Source: a virus
Length of the DNA stretch: 44,077 bases
Reading direction: 5' to 3' (one strand)
Virus genome (UHGV): UHGV-1969024
This document shows positions 38,951 to 44,077 of the stretch, one piece after another. Both the position numbers and the translations under genes were made by a program. The number at the start of each line of letters is the position of its first letter. The first letter of the stretch is position 1. Below the pieces are notes generated by a model. It was not told where the DNA came from, ran no database searches, and saw only the letters and a program-made list of their open reading frames with translations.

Positions 38951-39369
38951 TGTTTAACCGTAATGATCTAACCCTCACACTGTTCTATGCATCCAGCACG
39001 AGTGATGAGGGGAGTAAAGTCGCAATGTTTACTGTGCAGGTAATCAATACAGACATGGTGGCTGTGCAGAGCAATACGCTGCAATGCATTACTGACAAGT
39101 CTGGTAAGAAGGGTTATTCCGTTGGTGAACAAACTATAAGTGATGGCTCAGATCCACTGCTGATTGCCCTCGAAAACTACTGGCGAGTGAATACCGAGGC
39201 CGTCGTTAATGGATTGATGGCAGATGTGAGCGACTTTATCGCGGGTAACGTCAGCCAGTCCTCTACATACCTTGGATTCAGTGGTTTGAAGATCTTCAAC
39301 AATGTGCCGTTGGCGGAGCGTATCCCTGAAAGTGTATTGCAGGCCGACGGTGGCGCATCTGCAGGCTGA
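38950..39369 (+). CDS. Hypothetical protein (139 aa)
   Basis: ORF coupled to the previous gene. No motif recognised. Occupies the pre-cos moron slot. Confidence 0.45.
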   Translation: MFNRNDLTLTLFYASSTSDEGSKVAMFTVQVINTDMVAVQSNTLQCITDKSGKKGYSVGEQTISDGSDPLLIALENYWRVNTEAVVNGLMADVSDFIAGNVSQSSTYLGFSGLKIFNNVPLAERIPESVLQADGGASAG

Positions 39370-39471
39370 GTATTCACAGAGGCTGTTCAATGAGCGGCCT
39401 CGATAATTGCCCAGCAATTACAAACGATAATCATTATCTAATGGGTCCTCCCGGCGGGGTGGCCTTCCACG

Positions 39472-39489
39472 GGGCGGCGCGCTCGCGGG
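39472..39489. other. cos site (cosN-like): GGGCGGCGCGCT followed by CGCGGG
   Basis: Closely resembles the lambda left end GGGCGGCGACCT-CGCGGG. Lies ~100 nt upstream of the Nu1-like gene. Confidence 0.5.
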
Positions 39490-39588
39490 AATCGGCTGGT
39501 TTTCTGGATCCATGGTCATCATCATCATTTGCACAGGTTGTTGATTTTATTGATGCCTGTTTTGCAATGATGTCGAAATGGTTAAAAA

Positions 39589-40089
39589 GTGTTCACCATC
39601 ATGGATCAGGAAATCGCTTCTCTGAAGCTGAATATCAATCAGCTGGCGGGCATAACCAATGTCCACCGTCAGACAGTGGCCGCCAGGCTGAAAAATGTTG
39701 AGCCGGCGCCAGGCAGCAACAGCAAACTAAAACTGTATTTAGTTACCGACGTTCTGGCTGAGTTAATGATCCCCACGGTTTCAACAAATCTTGAGGACAT
39801 GCCGCCGGCTGACAGGCTGGCGCACTGGAAAGCAGAGAACGAGCGGATCAAGTTTGAGCAGGATACGGGGCAACTGATCCCGGCAGATGAAGTTGCCAGG
39901 GAGTTTTCAGTAATGGCAAAAGCTGTAGTGATGGTGCTTGAAACCCTCCCTGATGTACTCGAGCGCGATTGTGCGCTTCCACCTGCAGCGGTTTCCCGTG
40001 TTCAAAGTGTGATTGACGATTTGCGCGACCAGATGGCCCAGAAGGTCATGGAAGCCGAAGCAGAGGAGGATGAGCCAGAGGAGGACTGA
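39589..40089 (+). CDS. Nu1: Terminase small subunit (Nu1-like)
   Basis: N-terminal HTH LNINQLAGITNVHRQTVAARL. TGATG overlap with the large subunit. An alternative start is MDQEIA at 39601. Confidence 0.65.
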   Translation: MFTIMDQEIASLKLNINQLAGITNVHRQTVAARLKNVEPAPGSNSKLKLYLVTDVLAELMIPTVSTNLEDMPPADRLAHWKAENERIKFEQDTGQLIPADEVAREFSVMAKAVVMVLETLPDVLERDCALPPAAVSRVQSVIDDLRDQMAQKVMEAEAEEDEPEED

Positions 40090-42191
40090 TGGCAAAGCGG
40101 GCATCCGCCAGGGGGATCCGTCGGGATGTCTCCGGAATTTTACGCGCGCCACGCCGCATGCTGGTTGCCGACGCGGTGGCCGAGTATATGCGTGTGCCAA
40201 TGGGCGCCGGTAACTCGGTCCCGTGGGATCCTAATCTGGCCCCTTATGTTATCGAGCCAATGAATTGCCTGGCGTCACGCGAGTATGATGCTGTGGTGTT
40301 TGTCGGCCCGGCACGAACGGGTAAGACTATTGGCCTGATTGATGGCTGGATTGTATACAGCATCGTTTGTGACCCGGCTGATATGCTGGTAATCCAGGTC
40401 TCCGAAGAGAAAGCGCGCGAACATTCAAAAAAGCGTCTTGATCGCACATTCCGTTGCAGCCCGCAGGTTAAATCAAGACTGAGCCCTCGCCGTAACGATA
40501 ACAACGTTCACGATCGCACATTCCGTGCAGGTAACTATCTGAAGCTAGGCTGGCCTTCAGTCAATATTATGTCCTCGTCGGACTATAAATTTGTTGCTCT
40601 CACCGACTACGACCGCTTCCCGGAGGACATCGACGGGGAGGGGGACGGATTCTCGCTTGCCTCCAAACGTACCACCACATTTATGTCATCGGGGATGACC
40701 CTGGTCGAAAGCTCACCTGGCCGCGACATTCTCGATACGAAATGGCGGCAGAGTTCACCCCATGAAGCACCGCCCACAACGGGCGTGTTGTCGCTGTATA
40801 ACCGCGGGGACCGCCGGCGGCTTTACTGGCCTTGCCCGCATTGTGGGGAATATTTTCAGCCTGAAGTTGCCAACATGACTGGCTACCGTGACACGACGGA
40901 CCTGGTCACAGCCAGCGAAGCGGCCTATCTGCAATGCCCGGCCTGCAAAGGAAAAGTGCTTCCTGCGATGAAGCGCGAGCTGAACATGAAAAGCGTCTGG
41001 CTACGTGACGGGCAGTCAATTGATCGGGATGGAAACATTACAGGGGAGGGGCGGCGGTCACGCATTGCTTCTTTCTGGATGGAAGGGCCAGCAGCTGCTT
41101 ACCAGACCTGGTCACAGCTAATTTATAAATATCTGGCGGCTGAACAGGAATACGAAAAAACCCATAGCGAAGAAACACTAAAAACGGTCGTTAACACTGA
41201 CTTTGGTCGCCCTTATCTGCCGCGGGCGAGTACCGAACAGCGTAAAAGCGAACTGCTCGAACAGCGGGCCGAGGATGTCCCGAAACGTTGTGTGCCTGAT
41301 GGTGTTTGTTTCCTGGTGGCAACGGTTGACGTTCAGGGGGGACGTAATCGCCGCTTTGTCGTTCAGGTCACTGGCTACGGAAGCATGGGCGAACGGTGGC
41401 TGGTGGACCGTTATAACATCCGCCAGTCACTCCGCTGCGACGCTAACGGCGAAAGCCTGCCCATCGATCCAGCCAGTTATCCGGAGGACTGGGATCTGCT
41501 GCTGACCGATGTCTTTTACAAGACGTGGCGAATGGCATCCGATCCCCGCCGGTGTATGCGCCTGATGGCAATGGCAGTCGATTCCGGCGGTGAGGATGGT
41601 GTCACCGATAATGCCTACCGATTCTGGCGTAAATGCCGTCGGGAGGGAATTGGCCGGAATGTTTACCTGTTTAAAGGTGACGGTCATCGACGCGAAAAGC
41701 TGATCACCCAATCCCTGCCGGATAACACCGGCCGTTCGGCGCGCCGGGCGAAAGCCGCTGGGGATGTCCCGCTATATCTGCTGCAAACCAATGACCTCAA
41801 AGACCGGGTAAACAATGCCTTGTGGCGCGAAACACCGGGGCCGAATTACATCCATTTCCCGAAGTGGCTGGGGAGCTGGTTTTACGACGAACTGACTTAC
41901 GAGGAGCGTGATTCTGATGGCAAATGGAGCAAGCCGGGTCGCGGCGCCAACGAAGCTTTTGACCTGCTGGTTTACGCTGATGCGCTGGTTATCCTTCGCG
42001 GATACGAAAAAATTAAATGGCCTGATGCGCCTGACTGGGCGCGGCGGGAAACGTGGATGGAGAACGTGCCGCCGGAAACTGGCGAAGAAGCACCCCCGGC
42101 GCCAGCGCCGGTCCAGACCAAAAAGCGCAAACGCAAAAAAACCGTAACTGATGATGCTAACCCATGGGCCACCTCAGGAGGCTGGTTATGA
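40089..42191 (+). CDS. A: Terminase large subunit (gpA-like)
   Basis: 700 aa. Walker A-like VVFVGPARTGKT. Position and size as lambda gpA. Confidence 0.9.
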   Translation: MAKRASARGIRRDVSGILRAPRRMLVADAVAEYMRVPMGAGNSVPWDPNLAPYVIEPMNCLASREYDAVVFVGPARTGKTIGLIDGWIVYSIVCDPADMLVIQVSEEKAREHSKKRLDRTFRCSPQVKSRLSPRRNDNNVHDRTFRAGNYLKLGWPSVNIMSSSDYKFVALTDYDRFPEDIDGEGDGFSLASKRTTTFMSSGMTLVESSPGRDILDTKWRQSSPHEAPPTTGVLSLYNRGDRRRLYWPCPHCGEYFQPEVANMTGYRDTTDLVTASEAAYLQCPACKGKVLPAMKRELNMKSVWLRDGQSIDRDGNITGEGRRSRIASFWMEGPAAAYQTWSQLIYKYLAAEQEYEKTHSEETLKTVVNTDFGRPYLPRASTEQRKSELLEQRAEDVPKRCVPDGVCFLVATVDVQGGRNRRFVVQVTGYGSMGERWLVDRYNIRQSLRCDANGESLPIDPASYPEDWDLLLTDVFYKTWRMASDPRRCMRLMAMAVDSGGEDGVTDNAYRFWRKCRREGIGRNVYLFKGDGHRREKLITQSLPDNTGRSARRAKAAGDVPLYLLQTNDLKDRVNNALWRETPGPNYIHFPKWLGSWFYDELTYEERDSDGKWSKPGRGANEAFDLLVYADALVILRGYEKIKWPDAPDWARRETWMENVPPETGEEAPPAPAPVQTKKRKRKKTVTDDANPWATSGGWL

Positions 42192-42400
42192 ATAAAAGTG
42201 ATATTGAGGCCATGATCCAGCGCTATGCCGAAGCGGAGATGGCGGTACTGGATGGCAAATCCATCAAATTTAACGGTCAGGAAATGACCATGGAAAACCT
42301 GTCCGAAATCCGTAAAGGGCGGCAGGAGTGGGAGCGGCGTCTTACTTCCCTGAATAATCAGCGCCGGGGGCGGCCTGGCTACAAACTGGCGAGGTTTTAA
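42188..42400 (+). CDS. W: Head-tail joining protein W
   Basis: 70 aa from MNKSDIEAM. ATGA overlap with terminase and TAATG overlap with portal. Confidence 0.75.
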   Translation: MNKSDIEAMIQRYAEAEMAVLDGKSIKFNGQEMTMENLSEIRKGRQEWERRLTSLNNQRRGRPGYKLARF

Positions 42401-43902
42401 TGTCTTTACTTGATGATGCGATAGGTGTCATTTCTCCCGGCTGGAAGGCTGCGAGGCTAAGATCCCGCGCCATGATACAGGCATATGAAGCCGTTAAGCC
42501 CACCCGCACCCACAAAGCCCGAAGAGAGAATCGTTCCGCTGACCAGCTCAGCAAGATGGGGGCCGTCTCTCTCCGTGAGCAGGCGAGGTGGCTTGATAAT
42601 AACCACGATTTAGTGATTGGCATTTTCGATAAGCTTGAAGAGCGGGTGGTAGGTAAAAGCGGGATTATCGTGGAGCCGCATCCGAAGCTCAAGAATGGCA
42701 AGATCGCTAAAAAGCTGGCGGCGGATATCCGGCAGAAATGGGGGGAATGGTCTATTCGACCGGAAGTGACCCATCAGTTTACCCGCCCCATGCTGGAGCG
42801 CCTGATGTTACGCAGCTGGTTGCGCGACGGGGAGGTTTTTGCACAGATCGTCAGCGGCACAGGCAATGGCCTGACGCCTACCGCCGGGGTGCCGTTCTGG
42901 CTGGAAGCGCTTGAGGCTGATTTTGTTCCCCAGACCAGCAACGAGTCAGACAAGCTAAATCAGGGTGTATATACCGATAACTGGGGCAGGCCAAAGGGCT
43001 ATCTGGTTTATAAAAGCCTGCCGGTCTCTGGCAGGCAACTGGAAACGAAACGGGTTGATGCGGAAAACATGCTCCACCTGAAGTTTGTCCGCCGGCTGCA
43101 TCAGACGCGCGGAACGTCGCTTTTGTCCGGCGTTCTTATGCGACTCAGTGCTCTGAAAGAATACGAAGATGCTGAACTGACTGCAGCACGCATCGCCGCC
43201 GCCCTTGGGATGTATATCAAAAAAGGGGATGGGCAAAGCTGGGATGAAAACGCCGGTAAGGATGACGATCGTGAGCTGAATATTCAGCCCGGCATTATCT
43301 ACGACGACCTGCTGCCCGGCGAGGATATCGGCATGGTCAAATCCGATCGCCCGAATCCCAATCTTGAAACCTTCCGCAACGGCCAGCTGCGAGCTGTGTC
43401 TGCGGGCAGCCGTCTGAGTTTTTCCAGTACCGCCAGAAACTATAACGGCACTTACAGTGCTCAGCGGCAGGAGCTGGTGGAATCGACAGACGGATATCTC
43501 ATTCTCCAGGACTGGTTTATTGGCGCAGTGACACGTCCGATGTATCGCGCCTGGCTGAAGATGGCTGTCGCCAGCGGCCAAATCACGTTACCACGCGGGC
43601 TGGATATTGAGTCCTTATACACCGCTGTGTATTCCGGCCCGGTCATGCCATGGATTGATCCCGTCAAGGAGGCTAATGCCTGGAAGGCTCAAATACGCGG
43701 TGGCGCTGCGACGGAATCAGACTGGGTTCGTGCCAGCGGGCGTCATCCCGATGATGTGAAAGCACGCCGGAAGGCCGAAATCGATGAAAACCGTGAGCAG
43801 GGGCTGATATTTGATACTGATCCTGCCAATGACAGAGGAGGCACCAGTGCCGATGCCAAAGAACTGGACGCTTCAACGTCCGAAAGCAAGCGTAAAAAGT
43901 AA
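42400..43902 (+). CDS. B: Portal protein (lambda gpB family)
   Basis: 500 aa between W and the prohead protease. Confidence 0.9.
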   Translation: MSLLDDAIGVISPGWKAARLRSRAMIQAYEAVKPTRTHKARRENRSADQLSKMGAVSLREQARWLDNNHDLVIGIFDKLEERVVGKSGIIVEPHPKLKNGKIAKKLAADIRQKWGEWSIRPEVTHQFTRPMLERLMLRSWLRDGEVFAQIVSGTGNGLTPTAGVPFWLEALEADFVPQTSNESDKLNQGVYTDNWGRPKGYLVYKSLPVSGRQLETKRVDAENMLHLKFVRRLHQTRGTSLLSGVLMRLSALKEYEDAELTAARIAAALGMYIKKGDGQSWDENAGKDDDRELNIQPGIIYDDLLPGEDIGMVKSDRPNPNLETFRNGQLRAVSAGSRLSFSSTARNYNGTYSAQRQELVESTDGYLILQDWFIGAVTRPMYRAWLKMAVASGQITLPRGLDIESLYTAVYSGPVMPWIDPVKEANAWKAQIRGGAATESDWVRASGRHPDDVKARRKAEIDENREQGLIFDTDPANDRGGTSADAKELDASTSESKRKK

Positions 43903-43915
43903 TACGTGGTTCCGT

Positions 43916-44077
43916 ATGAAGGCGAGCGCCAACAACGAAGCGGATATCTATATCTATGACGAAATTGGTTATTGGGGAGTGACGGCCAAACAGTTTGTTA
44001 ACGACCTTAAAGCGCTGGGTGATGTCAGCCATATTAATCTTCACATTAACTCGCCTGGTGGCGATGTCTTTGATGGC
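43916..44077 (+). CDS. Prohead protease (ClpP/S49 family), N-terminal part; ORF runs off the window end and continues in frame at position 1
   Basis: Translates MKASANNEADIYIYDEIGYWGVTAKQFVNDLKALGDVSHINLHINSPGGDVFDG. INSPGG is the ClpP oxyanion motif. Exactly 54 codons to the last base, with no stop. Confidence 0.85.
   Translation, partial: MKASANNEADIYIYDEIGYWGVTAKQFVNDLKALGDVSHINLHINSPGGDVFDG

Larger units (their letters stand above)
1..44077. mobile_element. Complete lambdoid temperate phage genome (siphovirus-type lambda-like tail; Gifsy-2-like head; S21-type lysis); record appears circularly permuted
   Basis: Full gene complement: cos/terminase/portal/head/tail/int-xis/cI-cro/O/Q/lysis. 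The end ORF continues in frame into the start ORF. Phage-type attP with a tRNA 3-prime fragment. Confidence 0.8.

Noticed and set aside
39390-39701. 103-aa ORF spanning the cos region and the start of the small terminase gene
   Set aside because: It overlaps the cosN-like sequence and the Nu1-like start in another frame. Composition is Gly/Ser/His-rich and odd, with no RBS. Better explained as non-coding cos DNA.

Overview
This window looks like a complete lambdoid temperate phage genome of about 44 kb from an enterobacterial host, written as a circularly permuted record. The last ORF (43916..44077) runs off the window end and continues in frame at position 1, so the two ends are contiguous. 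All calls below come from reading the sequence and from remembered family motifs; no searches or computations were run.

Gene order on the + strand:
- Packaging: cos, then Nu1-like small terminase, gpA-like large terminase, gpW, gpB-like portal.
- Head: a single long ORF with a ClpP/S49-type prohead protease at its N terminus, a Pro/Gln-rich linker and a major capsid domain at its C terminus. This matches the Gifsy-2-type precursor. It is followed by a small decoration-like protein and an FII-like protein.
- Tail: a lambda-like set Z, U, V (with a C-terminal Ig-like Big_2 domain), G and GT (putative -1 frameshift), H tape measure, M, L, K, I.
- Tip and fibre: a giant 2978-aa J host-specificity protein, then a side tail fibre ending in an SDVRLK S74-type intramolecular chaperone domain.
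- AT-rich moron island (about 21.4 to 26.2 kb): a NACHT-type STAND NTPase (+) and a convergent KAP-like P-loop NTPase (-), candidate anti-phage defence genes.
- attP: carries the 3-prime half of a tRNA-Leu (UAA-like) gene plus its terminator.

Leftward from attP on the - strand:
- Tyrosine integrase, a DUF4224-like excisionase candidate, a small ORF, a ParB-like protein and a 99-aa hypothetical protein.
- A structured leader region, then a cI-type repressor (HTH plus S24 peptidase).

Rightward from the immunity region:
- A 3-site operator region, Cro-like and CII-like genes, two overlapping small ORFs.
- An O-like replication initiator with ori iterons inside the gene. No P/DnaC/DnaB-type gene is present.
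- An orphan Dam methyltransferase, a DUF968 protein and a Q82/QuuD-type antiterminator.
- An AT-rich antisense two-gene cassette: a 310-aa protein plus a 150-aa 4-TM protein, RexAB-like in architecture only.
- A 0.9-kb non-coding stretch with a GC-rich structured block and a tR-prime-like terminator.
- An S21-type pinholin with a dual start, a SAR endolysin, Rz and embedded Rz1.
- An AT-rich non-coding stretch with terminator-flanked hairpins, then two hypothetical genes and cos.

No CRISPR array, complete tRNA or rRNA was seen.
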